64,000 nt of DNA, from contig NC_043019.1 in assembly GCF_006345805.1 (NCBI RefSeq), positions 22,009,360 through 22,073,359 on the forward strand. The letters are read 5' to 3'. Position numbers and translations under genes: made by a program. Positions 1-12,879 of the stretch are shown piece by piece (within the stretch, counting starts at the first letter, position 1; each line of letters starts with the position of its first letter). The DNA comes from Octopus sinensis. Its lineage: Eukaryota. The notes under the pieces were generated by a model, which worked only from the letters and a program-made list of their open reading frames with translations, was not told the DNA's origin and did no database searches.

Positions 1-191
1 CGTCTGGCACCTGTGTCAGTGGCACATAAAATCACCCATTACACTCTCGGAGTGGTTGGCGTTAGGAAGGGCATCCAGCTGTAGAAACACTGCCAGATCT
101 GACTGGCCTGGTGCAGCCTTCGGGCTCCCCAGACCCCAGTTGAACCGTCCAACCCATGCTAGCATGGAAAGCGGACGTTAAACGATGATGA

Positions 192-195
<4 letters not shown>
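1..195 (+). mobile_element. 3' UTR/tail of an RTE-clade LINE (young copy, truncated by the window edge), ending in (GAT)n followed by (TA)n
   Basis: GTTAGGAAGGGCATCCAGCTGTAG...CCAACCCATGCTAGCATGGAAAGCGGACGTTAAACGATGATGAT. The same sequence is collinear with an RTE ORF2 C-terminus at 47350-48690 and recurs at 7753-8014 and 55173-55395. Confidence 0.8.
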
Positions 196-246
<51 letters not shown>

Positions 247-954
247 TATAATTAATAAAAAAAAAAACGAAGAAAAAACACAAGAAAAAGAACAACAATG
301 CGAGGACGTGATACATGCAAAGCAGGGAAGGAAAGAAAGGGTGTTTTATGTTTTGAGCAAAGCTCTTCTTCAGAAACAGGAGACAGAGGAAAGTCCAAGA
401 GAAAAGGAAAACAGAGGGAAAAAAAAAAAAATCGCCAACAATCCATATGTAGTTACATATATGATGTATTTGTTTTGCAAGATTCCTGATGTGAAATCGT
501 GCGTTGAAGCAGAAGTTGTTATATTTTGGGACGGTCATTTTTTCTTGCCAAATAAATACACACACTATGTATTCATTCTTCACTTGTTTATTATTGTTTT
601 TTATTTTATGTCCATTGTCTTGAAATCTTTTGTTACACACCTGTGACCTCTTCAGCAAATCTCTATCCCACACGTCACCTCCTGTTCTGTTTAGTCCATT
701 CTGTCTTTGTGTGGTGCATATCCTTATCTGCATGTGTGTCTGCGTGTGTGGGGGGTTGCTTACTATACTGTTTGTATCCATATAAAATTCAGTGGGTAGT
801 AAATATACAGAAGTCCATTGTGTGTGTATATATGTGTTTGTGCATGTGCCTGTGTCCACATGTCTCCTCATTGACACTGTTAGGTCAACAGCGTGATGAG
901 TGTTTATCTCCCTCCTGATACATCAAACAAATTGGTTGGTTCCAACCTGTGCAA

Positions 955-1276
955 ACCTATGGAACAAAATGTACTGTACTTACAAATAAGAACAGGCTGG
1001 CATCAAAAAATGATATCCAGCCAGGGAATGCTATCTCAAACAGTTTTGTCCAACCAATGCTAACTTGGGTGAGAAAATAAATTAATGTAAAACCACAATG
1101 AAGCCAATGACCAATACCTATGGAACAAAATGTACTGTACTTAGAAAGAAGAACAAGCTGGCATCAAAAAATGATATCCAGTCAGGGAATGCTATCTCAA
1201 ACAGTCTTGTCCAACCAATGCTAACTTGGGTGGGAAAATAAATTAATGTAAAACCACAATGAAGCCAATGACCAAT
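955..1276. repeat. 161-bp tandem duplication (2 copies, 6 substitutions)
   Basis: Copies at 955-1115 and 1116-1276 both begin ACCTATGGAACAAAATGTACTGTACTTA and end GAAGCCAATGACCAAT. Confidence 0.95.
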
Positions 1277-2039
1277 ATTGATTTTTTTTTTTTCTTTCCT
1301 AACCACATAATTATTGCTTTTTGATGTTCTTGCATTAAACATGTTGTCACTAACTTAGTTACATTCAATAATATATTAATATCAAGCAATATTAAATATT
1401 ATAAATACCAGTTTGAGACGGAAAAAAAAAAGAAAGTCTCATCGATGTGACATAACTCTTGTATCTATTACGTGCAAAGTCTGTTTCTCTTTTCTGTTTT
1501 AAAAATAAGTGCGTTTTGTGTGATGTTTCATACCACTTTACATTGGAAATTTTCAGAATTAATTCATTGATCAACTATTAATAGTTTAGACAGTATAGCA
1601 GTAGAGTGTTGAATTAGTAACTTTGTACACAAATGGCACTAATCATTAGCACATCAGACAAAATACTTAGTGACTTTTCTTCCAATTCATTATGTTCTGA
1701 GTTCAAATTCCACCTAGGTCAGTTGAGTACAGGGTTCAATGTAATTGACTTACCTCATTCCTCATCTGCCAAAATCAGAAAGGAATTAATGTAGTAGGTG
1801 AGGTGGGTTGGGGGTGCTCTAAATTATAGATTTGGGTTCTTTGTAGAGAAAACACAGGAGTTTTATAACAGAATATAAATTTTTGATTCTGAGTGCTGTA
1901 TTCTAGTCATAATCATCATGCATTGAACACATTTTGCAGCACGTTGATGGCACTAAAACAAAAGTCTTCCTGATAAAATGTGAGTTCTTCCATTGGATGA
2001 AGTCATAGCGCTACTTTGTTCTCACTTTCTCAAAATGTC

Positions 2040-2195
2040 TTCTTGGCAAAGATATGAGAGTGGTTTATCACTGCCTTCCCCAATTGGATGGTCATTGGTC
2101 CACGAGGAGCCAATTGTTACTTCACCAAAAAAAATCTGTTTAAGGAGTCTGAAGTCAGTCACGTGTGCTACATATCCACTCCACTGCAGCTGGAA
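2040..2195 (-). mobile_element. Decayed RTE-clade LINE ORF2 C-terminal fragment
   Basis: The minus frame reads QLQWSGYVAHVTDFRLLKQIFFGEVTIG, matching the RTE C-terminal pattern LRW.GHV.RM...RL.KQI.YGEL..G. Confidence 0.6.
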
Positions 2196-3003
2196 TTTTT
2201 ATTTAGGAAAGTATACATGACCAAAAATTAATTAATGCTGTTGCCAGCATCCACTCATCAGTTACATCCCAACCTAGTAACATTGAAGGTAGAGTCAACT
2301 TAAAAAGATTTTGCCAATTGTAGCAGTTATTTTGCCCTAGGTCACCCCTCATTGATCGGACCCCTCATCAAAAGGCATCTCAGCCATAACCATACCAGCT
2401 TTTGCTATCAGGTACAGTAGAAGTCAAGAATACATTAGCCAGTGTGATCTTTAGCAGTGGGTGATTTGTAAGAGACTCAATTGTTATTTCTAACAAGTCA
2501 AGCAGTCGCTTAGAGCTTCCCTCATTGACACAAGCTGTAGCTTTTTAACATTCATGGTATTCAGTTTTTTATTTGTCTATTTTCCAAAACTACTTAATCC
2601 TCGTGACTCCTGATAAGTGAAAAAAAAAAAAGAAATATAAACACTATTTTTCAATCTGTAAGTTCTGAATTTGCACATTCTTCAAATGACCACTCTACAA
2701 AAAGAAAGTATGGAATAAATTGAAAAAAAACAATGCTTTTTTGGAAGATAAATAAAACTTCATCTAAGAATATAAGAACTGGCATTTGTCATTTGCTGGC
2801 ACTGGAAAATTACTTAGATTGGATCAAAGGAAACCTAACAAAATGGTAGCTGTCTGAAGTAGCATACATATTCAAGTAATTAATTAGGCAGAAATCATAC
2901 CCAGATGAAAGCGAAGATTTCAATGCCTCTGTGAACTAGTATCCTTGCTTTATGAAGAGAAAGAATTGGATGCTGCAACAAGAAATTGAATAACTGTGCA
3001 GGC

Positions 3004-3520
3004 ATAGGCATGGCTGTTTAATAAGAAGTTTGCTTCCCAATTACATGGTTCCAGTTCAGTCCCACTACATGGCACCTTAAGCAAGTGGTTTTCAACCAGG
3101 GTTCCGCAGAGCCTTAGGGTTCCGCCAGTACAGTCCAGGGGTTCCGCAAGAAGTTACAAAAATGCTAAAATCGACAGTAATTTTTAATTCTCCTGTGCAG
3201 ATATGTGTGCATAAGACAATTAAATTATTGCACAGGGGTTCCTCGAGCCAGTGAAACGTTTTCTTGGGGTTCTGCTCCTGCAAAAAGTTTGAAAAGCACT
3301 ACCTTAAGCAAATGTCTTCTACTATAGCTTCAGGCCAACCAAAGGCTTGTAAGTGCATTTGGTAGATGGAAATTAAAAGAAGCCTGTCATGTGTGTGTGG
3401 GAGGGCGTGTTTGTATCTATCCTTCCTCGCCACCATTTAACAACCAGTGTTGCCATGTCTATGTCCCTGTAACTTAGCAGTTTGACAAAAAGAGAACAAC
3501 AGAATAAGTAGCATGATTTG
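3004..3520 (+). mobile_element. tRNA-derived SINE (family A, with CORE-like ACCTTGGGCAAGT segment), split by a hAT MITE
   Basis: The head GGCATGGCTGT...GTTCAGTCCCACT...GGCACCTTAAGC resumes as AAATGTCTTCTACTATAGC after the 3083-3309 insertion plus TSD. Confidence 0.8.
3083..3301. mobile_element. Non-autonomous hAT-type MITE (219 bp)
   Basis: Imperfect TIRs AAGTGGTTTTCAAC / TTTGAAAAGCACTA. Perfect 8-bp TSD CCTTAAGC at 3075-3082 and 3302-3309. Removing the insertion restores the host SINE. Confidence 0.9.
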
Positions 3521-4510
3521 CATTTTGGCTTCTGGCTTTCTTTTTTTCCTTCCTAAAGTCAGTAGAGTGGTAAGAAAGAGACTTGGTTGTTATTTCTAGC
3601 AGTTCATCTGACAGCATATAATCAATATTTATCTTCTGGTGCAAGCTATAAAATTCTCCCAAAAGACTGAAGATATTACAACTGTAAACCACATCAAATA
3701 CGATATCCTGTTTTCAATTACAATATACAGAAGCAATGCCCCAAATGGTTACATAGCATTAATTACCATAATGGCTCCAAAGATAACAAATTATATGTAA
3801 TTGGGATGAAAGAACCTATAAATAGTTGAATCTAATGGTACTTTTATGCTGTGAAATATCTGCATGTGCATGCACACTATTATGTAACCAGTTTACAAAG
3901 GGAATAAAACTACATACAAAACTAAATGCACACATTCATTACTCATGCACCTAGTAATGTTCAAGGCTGAAAATACTGTGCAAATTTATGTTCTGAACAA
4001 CCCTAAATGTCTTGATGGTCTTTTAATTTATTTTATTTATTTATCACAGTTTGGTGGACAATAGCATCAATGGTTGCAAGTTTTGAAGAGGTCAATCATT
4101 GGTTCAAGTATTTCTGATGGTGAGAATAACAAAGGGAGTGTCTATAACTGAGTGCTGAACAAATACGATGACTTCATTGCACAAAACAATGCCAGTTATG
4201 CATGTGTATGTGCATATAATTATATATACATATGTGTACATACACACATACATGATGGACATAGTTCACTGTGTACATGTGTTTGTGTATGAAGGTAGTA
4301 TGGTGGGATGTACAACATCAGTGTGCACATTCAACAAAATGTATTGAAAGAAAATTTGGGCATAAGAGGAATCAGATGCAGCATGCAAGACTACGTTGGT
4401 TTGAACATATGAAGCATATGAACGAAGACAGCTGTTTATAGAAATGGCACCTGTGGAAGAGGTAGACCCAAAGATATACACACACATACCTATATATACC
4501 TATATATATG

Positions 4511-4542
<32 letters not shown>

Positions 4543-4700
4543 ACGGGCTTCTTTTAGTTTTCGTCTACCAAATCCACTCACAAGGCTTTGGTCAGCCTGA
4601 GGCTATAGTAGAAGACACTTGCATAAGGTGTCATGTAGTGGAGCTGAACCCAGAACCATGTGGTTGGTAAGCAAGCTACTTACCGCACAGCCACTCCTGC
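4543..4700 (-). mobile_element. SINE family A head, well conserved
   Basis: The reverse complement reads GTGGCTGTGCGGTAAGTAGCTTGCTTACCAACCACATGGTTCTGGGTTCAGCTCC...AAGTGTCTTCTACTATAGCC. Further copies lie at about 8078, 8955, 13635, 16695, 21415, 31240, 40825, 42328, 46430, 53720, 57780, 59625 and 61020. Confidence 0.85.
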
Positions 4701-5157
4701 ACACCTATGCATACTGTATTTTTTGACAGTACATCTTTAAAGGGTTCTTACCCAAATGAAAAACCACAGCTCCTGACATTCAACAAAATCTAATGAGCCA
4801 GTGTCAGCTTTGATGTGATTTCTACAGCCGGTGCCATTCCTAATGCCAACAACTTCACAGAGTATACTGGATGTTTCTCTCATGGCACTGGCACTAGCGA
4901 GATCACCAAGTAACTTGTAAGAAAGCACCCTCAATTATGTAAAGATGTAGTAGAGAGGGAGGTAGCATTATGCTCAGTATTGGGAAGCTAAAGTATGATA
5001 GAGAAACAGAAACTTGCCAACACAATATAATGACTGTTAGTGGACAATGTGACTAATGTTTTTAGATGTTGTTGTTGACTTTCATCAGTTGTTCTATCAC
5101 TTTCACCTGCCCAGGTAGATTGAATACAACTAAGCTGATTACATATAAGTATTTTCA

Positions 5158-5456
5158 ATAATAACAAAGGGTAAAATTAATTAATTAAGAAGTAATCAAT
5201 AATTTCACCAAGCAGAATTCGGCATGAATTTCTATATTCTTTATACCGATCTAATTCCGAAACGCACGTCCATGGATGACCAGATATTGATTGATTTTCG
5301 TTACTTTTCCTCTCTGCCTGTGTGAATTGTTTTCAAGTATTTTGGTTTCTCTGGGAGTCCCTTTTTAAAGTAGAAGAAATAGCTAAGGTTTTTGGCTGCT
5401 ATTTCTAAACTTCGGTATGTGGTAAAGCAAATCTTTGCTGAACCCTAATTATTAAG
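5158..5456. mobile_element. 299-bp insertion flanked by 14-bp direct repeats; probable Penelope-like fragment
   Basis: TATAAGTATTTTCA occurs at 5144-5157 and 5457-5470. The CpG-retaining interior contains CCGAAACGCACGTC, the 3' half of a minimal hammerhead. Confidence 0.45.
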
Positions 5457-5518
5457 TATAAGTATTTTCACATATATTTACAAGATATCAATTCATGAAC
5501 ACTGATTTCTTGTTCCAG

Positions 5519-5585
5519 AGCTTGAAGCTGCTCAACTCACATTAGAAAAAGCATTCCAGGATATGCTATTTTCTCCTCCTTCAAG
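5519..5585 (+). CDS. Candidate internal exon (67 nt, phase 1 to 2), (E)LEAAQLTLEKAFQDMLFSPPS(R)
   Basis: Acceptor GATTTCTTGTTCCAG, donor AAG|GTAACA, open frame with A/T-ending codons. No homolog recognised. Confidence 0.35.
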
Positions 5586-6604
5586 GTAACAAAGGTAAGG
5601 TTGCCCTATAGCCATGCATATTTTGTGGTCTCATCACTCATCCTGACAAAAATATTTTCAGGAAAAAGTTGAATAAAATATTTGGTGGGCTTTGCTTCTA
5701 AGTTCAAAGGCTTCAAAAGGCCCACATCACTCACAAAAATATTGATGCAATGATCAACTATATGGTCACTCCACTCCTGCTCAGAATCAATACAATATCA
5801 ATTAGATCACAAATATGTACAAACACAAGAACATCATTTTAAATAGTTTCTCCAAGTCCAATCCCCTGATCCTTTAATTAAATCATTAATAATTAATGAT
5901 AAATAATAAATCATTAATAAACAATATCATTGAATTCTAACACCCTGCTTGAAGTATTAACTACAATGGTGCATGGAAATTGAAAGATGAAAATATCCAA
6001 AGAAATTCACTTGATTAAACACATCTTAGTGATTAGACAACTAAATTCTTAATCATTATGTCATGGATTTATTTCCAAGTCTCAGAGGCATGCTGTGCCC
6101 TTTAAGTAAGGCACCTTACTTTATATTGCTTTAGTCCACTCAGCAGGCAATAATGAATATTAAGACTGCTAAGAGCACCTGGCCAACGTCAAGTTAGCAC
6201 AGCAAAGTTAATATGTCAGGTGTATGACCAAAAAACTTTCAAGCATGGAGAGGGAAACATCTAGCTGTGGACAACTATGTTCTGACTTTAATTTATTTTA
6301 TTAAAGCAGGGAAACCACAATACACATTGGGAAAAAGTTACTGACTTAAAAAATAATTCATTTAAAACAATAAATATATTTTCAAAAGTAAAAAATTCTT
6401 AGGAAAAAGATAAAAGTAAATTTTAATTTTTGATTCAATATTCATTTTTTTTTTTATTGTTTTTCACATACATATGAAATTCGTAGTGTTCTCAATAGAT
6501 AGAATGAAGTAATACGTAAGTTAATCAATATTCCCAGTATGGGAATAATAAGTTAATCAACATTCCCAGACCAACCTGATTATCAGCATCTTTTGAACCC
6601 TTCT

Positions 6605-6992
6605 GGCATAGCTGTGTGGTAAGAAGTTTGCTTCCCAACCACATGATTCCAGGTTCAGTCTCACTGCACGGTATCTTGGGCAAGTGTCTTCTACTATAGC
6701 CTTGGGCTGACCAAAGCCTTGTAAGAGGATTTGGTAGACAGAAACTGAAAGAAGCCTCTCTGTGTGTGTGTCTTTGTGTATGTCCCTCACCACCATTTGA
6801 CAACTGGTGTTGTGTTATGTACCCGTAACTTAGTGGTTCAGCAAAAGACTCCATTATAATAAGTACCAGGCTTTAAAAAAAGGTACTGGGATCGATTCAT
6901 TTGACTAAAAATTCTTCAAGGCGGTGCACCAGCATGGCCACAGTCTAATGACTGAAAACTAAACAAGTAAAAACAAGTAAAAGCTAAAAGAT
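6605..6992 (+). mobile_element. Full-length composite SINE: family A tRNA/CORE-like head, (TG)n, and tail ending ACTGAAA...CAAGTAAAA
   Basis: Head GCTGTGTGGTAAGAAG...GGTTCAGTCTCAC, tail GTAACTTAGTGGTTCAGCAAAAG...AATAAGTACC...GGCGGTGCACCAGCATGGCC. Same layout as 14392-14765 and 51007-51399. Confidence 0.85.
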
Positions 6993-7130
6993 ATTTCTAA
7001 TGAAATATGCTGGCTCCATTTCAATTTGTTTTGAAAATAATGAAGAATTTATTAAAATAACTTTAACCTGGTGTTTGGGACATAAATTAGCATGAAATTT
7101 TAATGGAAGGTTTTAATTTAGATAGTTTAA

Positions 7131-7307
7131 CCCTTTCATTACCATATTTCTCTTGAAATAGACTGATTTTATTTCAATTGATTTCGAAAATAATGAAGAA
7201 TTTAGTAATTAATTTTATTAATCTAAGACATAAATTAACATCAAATTTTTGACAAGGAACTTGCACAATGGAATCAGGATGTTTTGAGCAGGTTTTTATC
7301 AAAAGGG
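7131..7307. mobile_element. piggyBac-type MITE (degenerate)
   Basis: TTAA|CCCTTT ... AAAGGG|TTAA. Related to the element at 25054-25273. Confidence 0.7.
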
Positions 7308-7752
7308 TTAAAGCAATTTAATCAAAATATAGTGAATTCATATAATTATATTCGTTTTGGATTGGATTGCCTATGTTCAGTCCACTGCAGGATGAAGGCC
7401 TCAGCAACATGCTCTCTGCACCAATTTGAAACCATACTGATTTGATGAGCCTACTCTGCCACACTGGCTCAACATGGCTAGGCAGAGGGGTGCAACTTTT
7501 TGTACTCTCACACAGGAGTAGTTAAGTTGATTACATTGACCTCAGTGCTCAATCTACCCCAAAAGGATGAAAAGCAAAGTAAGCCTCAGCAGAAGTTGAA
7601 CTCAGAACATATTCATTATAGACACTAAAAAACCAAAGCAAGGCTAGGTAGAGCTACTAATTTATTTGTATATGCAGATATAGATGCATGTGGTCACAAC
7701 ACAGACACACACATATTCATATACATACATATATATGCATGTATGTGCATAT

Positions 7753-8014
7753 ATCATCATCATCATCATCATTTAGCATCCGTTTTCCATGCTAGCATAG
7801 GTTGGACGGTTTAACTGGGGTCTGTGAAGCCGGAAGGCTTCATCAGGCCCAGTCAGATTTGGCAGTGTTTCTACGGCTGGATGCCCTTCCTAACGCCAAC
7901 CACTCCGTGAGTGTAGTGGGTGCTTTTTACGTGCCACCTGCACAGGTGCCAGACAGAGCTGGCAAACGGCCACAAACGGATGGTGCTTTTACGTGCTACC
8001 GGCACGGGGGCCAG
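7753..8014 (-). mobile_element. RTE LINE 3' UTR/tail fragment embedded in TA-rich microsatellite
   Basis: (CAT)n followed by TTTCCATGCTAGCATAGGTTGGACG...GGATGCCCTTCCTAACGCCAACCAC; (TA)n on the right flank. Confidence 0.85.
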
Positions 8015-8710
8015 ATATATATATATATATATACACATATATATATACATACACACACACACATGTACGACATGCTTCTTTCAGTTTCCAACTACCAAAT
8101 TCACCTGGATGGCTTTGGTTAACCCAAGGCTTATAATAGAAGACACTTACCCAAGGTACTACACACTGGGACTGAACTCAAAACCACATAACTGAGAAGC
8201 AAACTTCTTAACCACACAACCTTACCTATACCTATTCATATTTTTGCATTTATTTTGAACATAAATAAACCCAAGCAAGACCAGGTACAGCTGCTAGTTT
8301 ATTTATAAATAAATTCTTTACATATCTATATACAGATATAGATGTACATGCTCACAACACATGCACATATACTCAAATTATCATAATTATGATACTCACC
8401 ATCTATCAGCGACATTTTGATCAGTTTTCAAAAAGCGGTTTCAACAGATTTATCTGAAAATAGACAGTTTATTTTTAAAGTTAAAATATTCACAACGGGT
8501 GCTTCATAAGATAAAACTATAAAATAAAATAACGATAATTAAAAACACGTGTAATTTAAGCTGGATCAAAATAGGTCATAGATATTGATTCCTTTCAGAT
8601 ATACACAATGCCAAAATTGTTATTTTGACCCAGGTCAGTCAACCCTGAATGAATAGCTAAAGACATTCCAGCAACGACCATTCTGTCCTCCTCCCTGGTA
8701 TATATATATA

Positions 8711-8864
8711 TCCTTGTTTTTTTCTGTGTATCTTTCTGTCGAAGAGCGTAGGCTCGAAACATAAAAGACTTTTTCTATTTCTAATCCTGAGCACTATACT
8801 AATACATTTGTTTGTTTGTACTCCACCTGCCTTCGTCTTTTGTTTATTTTCATAAACTTTCCCG

Positions 8865-8866
<2 letters not shown>
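8711..8866 (+). mobile_element. Penelope-like element 3' (pLTR) fragment between two (TA)n tracts, carrying a degenerate hammerhead motif
   Basis: TCTTT-CTGTCGA-A-GAGC GTAG GCTC-GAAAC-ATA-AAAGA at 8731-8768, followed by a ~100-nt pyrimidine-rich tail. Confidence 0.6.
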
Positions 8867-8904
<38 letters not shown>

Positions 8905-10212
8905 GAGATACATATATATTATATTATCATATATATGTGCATGTTATACATGATGAGCTTCTTTCAGTTTTCATTACAAAATCCACTCCTAAAGTACTGG
9001 CTGACCCAGAACAAAATACAAAACACTTGCCCAAGCTGAAACACAGTGGGAATGAACCAGACATCATGCCATCAGGAAGAGAACATCTTAAACCACACAG
9101 CCTTGCCTGTACCTCATGATAAAATGTAAGTCTTAGGTCAAACTCAAAAACAATTTAACATGTAATCAAGTCTCTTCAGCTGTTTCCACCTTCTTAGTAG
9201 ACCATGTTATAAATATTAAAATGTTTTCTTTGTAAACCAGGAACATTTAGTAGCAAATGACTCTTAGCCATTTCACTCAGTCTTTTGATAATTCCTTTCA
9301 TCTTGTCATTGGTCACAGTTTAAGCACATTACAAGATAGATTTGGAATGTTACAGCAATAAAAACATGTTAATTGCAATGATTCTCTTGTAGTTTTTAAT
9401 TGCGAGCTAAGTTATTTCAATTAATCGATTTGAAGTGTTATTTCGATAAAGCAAGAAACTTATTTTGAAAAGGAAAGAAAGAAGAAAAAATCTCGACCAT
9501 GTATAAACAGCCAACACACATACATGTGTAAAAATAAAATGTTACTCACATCTACCTTAAAAGTAGTTATTTGTGTATGCTTGTGTGTATGAGTTCATCT
9601 CATCATAGCATTCATCATCATCATCCATAAATATCTGTTTTCCATGCTGGCATGGGTTGGACATTATAAATAAGCATCAGCATCATAAAAGCAATATCAT
9701 TTGTTTCCAATCTTCCAAAGAAACATGTCTAGCCATGGGGGAAATATTACCTTGTTTGGTAAACAGATATTTCTATGACTGAATGCCTTTCTTGCCGCAA
9801 ACCCTTACCTAACAAATCTTGGCAAACCTATGCAAGCATGAAAAAGTGGATGTTTAAAATGATGATGGTGATGATGATAATGAAAACATGACTATGTTCT
9901 AATTTAATCTATTTTTCTTTGTTATTAGAGGATTTTTTATACCTGCATCTCAAACCCTTATAGTTAGTTTTGAACATCAAAATATCCCAATTCTTTTTAT
10001 CAATATTTCCATGCTATCTCAGCCTCATCTCCAGGATATAGTGGTGCTGGCTTCTGCACTTCACCTTTTATAGTGGGTAGCTTATGTTTATACAATGTTT
10101 ATGCAGACGGTCCTACCAGAATTTGACCATTAGAGCTTTTAGAATTAAACATCATTTGATGATGAGTAACTGTTAATGGCCAAAATATGAATCTAACAAT
10201 GTCTACCTCTTG

Positions 10213-10252
<40 letters not shown>

Positions 10253-12879
10253 AACAACAAAATTTTAATACACCTATGATTAGCAATTTATAGGTTGAAG
10301 AATTCATCACTGTATGGTTTATAAACAGTATAACACAATGTGAATTAAACATAAAAATAGTGTAACCACATAGTGTAAACAGTATTAGTACAACCACTTA
10401 TCATGTTCCTCCACCTCATATAAATATTTTCAGAGTCAAAGCAAACAGAGTAAAGTACTACTAGAACTATGTGACATTTCCTTACAAAGGACAATAAATA
10501 AAAGTCAACATCTTCATAGATTGACTTAGACTTTATAAATGTTTTTCATGACTTATTTGTCACTTATTTTTCTTCTTTATCTGTCATAGATTTGTGGAAA
10601 AGGTCATATTATTGAATTTACAAATTTCATTGTATTTCAAATAGATTTTTTTATATCATATTTTGTGAACAATTATAGTATTGTAGGTTACAGGCAGCCA
10701 ACGATGGGTTAATGGGAGAGAAATCAAGGGTTTATTGCATTTACAATGACAATTATGATGAGGGATGTGTAACTCAGGAAAAGCAAAAACTGCAGTGTTT
10801 TGGTTCAAAAGCACTGGTTTATTGGTTTTTCTCACCAATATTTATCATCAAATTATGTGTGGATGTTTATACAAATCATTATATATATAGCAAGCTGGCA
10901 GAATCATAAGCACGTCAGGCAAAATGCATAACAGCCTTTCTTTCAACTTTATGCTCCAAGTTCAAATAGCATTGAGGTCAACTTTGCCATTCATCTTTCC
11001 AGGGTTTATAAAATAAGTACCAGTTGAGCTCTGGGGTTGATGCAATTAACTTCCATCTCCTCTCAAAATTGCAGGCCTACAGTCAAAATTATGAAGAATT
11101 GTGTGTATATGTGAACATTTTCCATGCTGGTATGAGCTGAACGGATTGTCACTCTACTACAGGTTAGAGAATTACACATTGCCCTAATATTTCATTTGAT
11201 ATTGTTTATATGGCTGGATGCCCTTCCTTAGAACAATTCCTTAACTGAGTGTAACTAGATGCTTCAGCACTGGAAAGGTTATCAAGTTCTTGATAAGACC
11301 AAAGAGTTTTCTCTACTTTACATTCTCCATTCATACAAGACAAACATAACTAAGACAGTACCTAAGGGTACATAAAAGGGTCCATCACAGACACACACAC
11401 ACACATATATATTACAAATATACATATATATATGTTTGTATATATATATATTTATATAAGGAAGCAGTCAGAATTTTGGATAATTCTTTATTAGTGCTTT
11501 CATTCATTTATGGAACTCGTCAAAACAAAATCACAATGATAAAAGCAGAATGTTTCCTTGTTCATTTATATGAACCAGCTGTTTTGCTTTGTTTAGAAGA
11601 GGAGAAAAGTATTTTTGTTTTCATTCTTTCTTTTTTGTGTCTTTCCTTACTAATGATCAGCCATTTTGTAAGGAAAAACACAAAAAAGAAAGAAAAAAAC
11701 AAAGGACCACTGAATATTTGTTGTATTGGAAAAAGAGGGGAAGAGAGAAAGAAAGCAAAGAGGGGGAGAAAATAAACAGAGAGAGAGAGAGGTTTCAGTA
11801 TAACTGAGAAAGAAAAAAGTGAAGGATGGAGATAGAGAGAGGGGGTTTTCTTTTCAATTTGATGTGTTCAACCCATTGAAATTTCATTACAAAACATTTT
11901 ATTTTCTTTTTTCTCTTCCTCCTCTTATACAACATATTTGTAAATAGACACATTTTCTCACAAGGGCTAGGTGACCTTTCAAGATGTCATTTTTAGGAAG
12001 TAGGATGGAAAAAAATAAGAAAAGAGGGGTGCAGTAATCACTGAAGAATAAATAAGTGTTCAAAGTCCTATAAAAATGTATATTCCTTCATACTTGTATA
12101 GTCAAATCCCATATTCTGTATAATTCCATGTTTTGCAAGAACAAACATTAAATATAAGTACAACATTCATAAATTAGGAAAATAAAGTCAGAATATAAAA
12201 AATAACTTAAGTTTGGTATTGTTTATAATTCAATTTATTCTCTATGTACATTTAATCAAACAGCATAAATAAGTTGTGTAATAACATGTATATTATATAT
12301 TTAGCAAGAAACCATTCTATAGGATATAAATTATATGACAAAGCAGGGCCTGCTTAAATATATTTTTGAGAATCTTTCATCCTTTTGTAGGATTTATTTT
12401 TATTTTTCTTGCTTGCTTGGATAAGATAATTCAAAAGAGATATTTTTTTACAAATTACTTTACCAAGTAGCTACATTAGATATCTTTCCCAATCAGTGGT
12501 AAAATGGTTCTAGTATTCTTTCTCAGGTTCTATATGAACAACACTTGTCAAAATCCCATTGTTCTATATATATCTGATCATTTATAGAGTATCACATTAT
12601 TGACACTGGAGCCACATTCAGAAACAATAGTAACAGTGTAATATAAATGTTTTCTCTTAATAAAGTATTAAAATGACCATGAAGAAGCTTTCTTGACAGA
12701 CACCAAAACCATCTAGCTTACATTGATGTCACCTTACATGCAGGATTGGATTTAAACCACAGGGGGTCTGAGGCACTTCAAATACATTGGGCACTTCATA
12801 TACAGAATTAAAATCTTGGAAAATTAGCCAATTACAATCTCAAAACCCATGTATTGCATGTAATGAATTTGATGTGTTA

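Noticed and set aside
62-877. Longest ORF in the track (271 aa, minus strand) and other YI/CV/HT-rich ORFs
   Set aside because: They run through (TA)n/(CA)n microsatellites, poly-A and repeat tails that lack stops by composition, and show no domain-like sequence.
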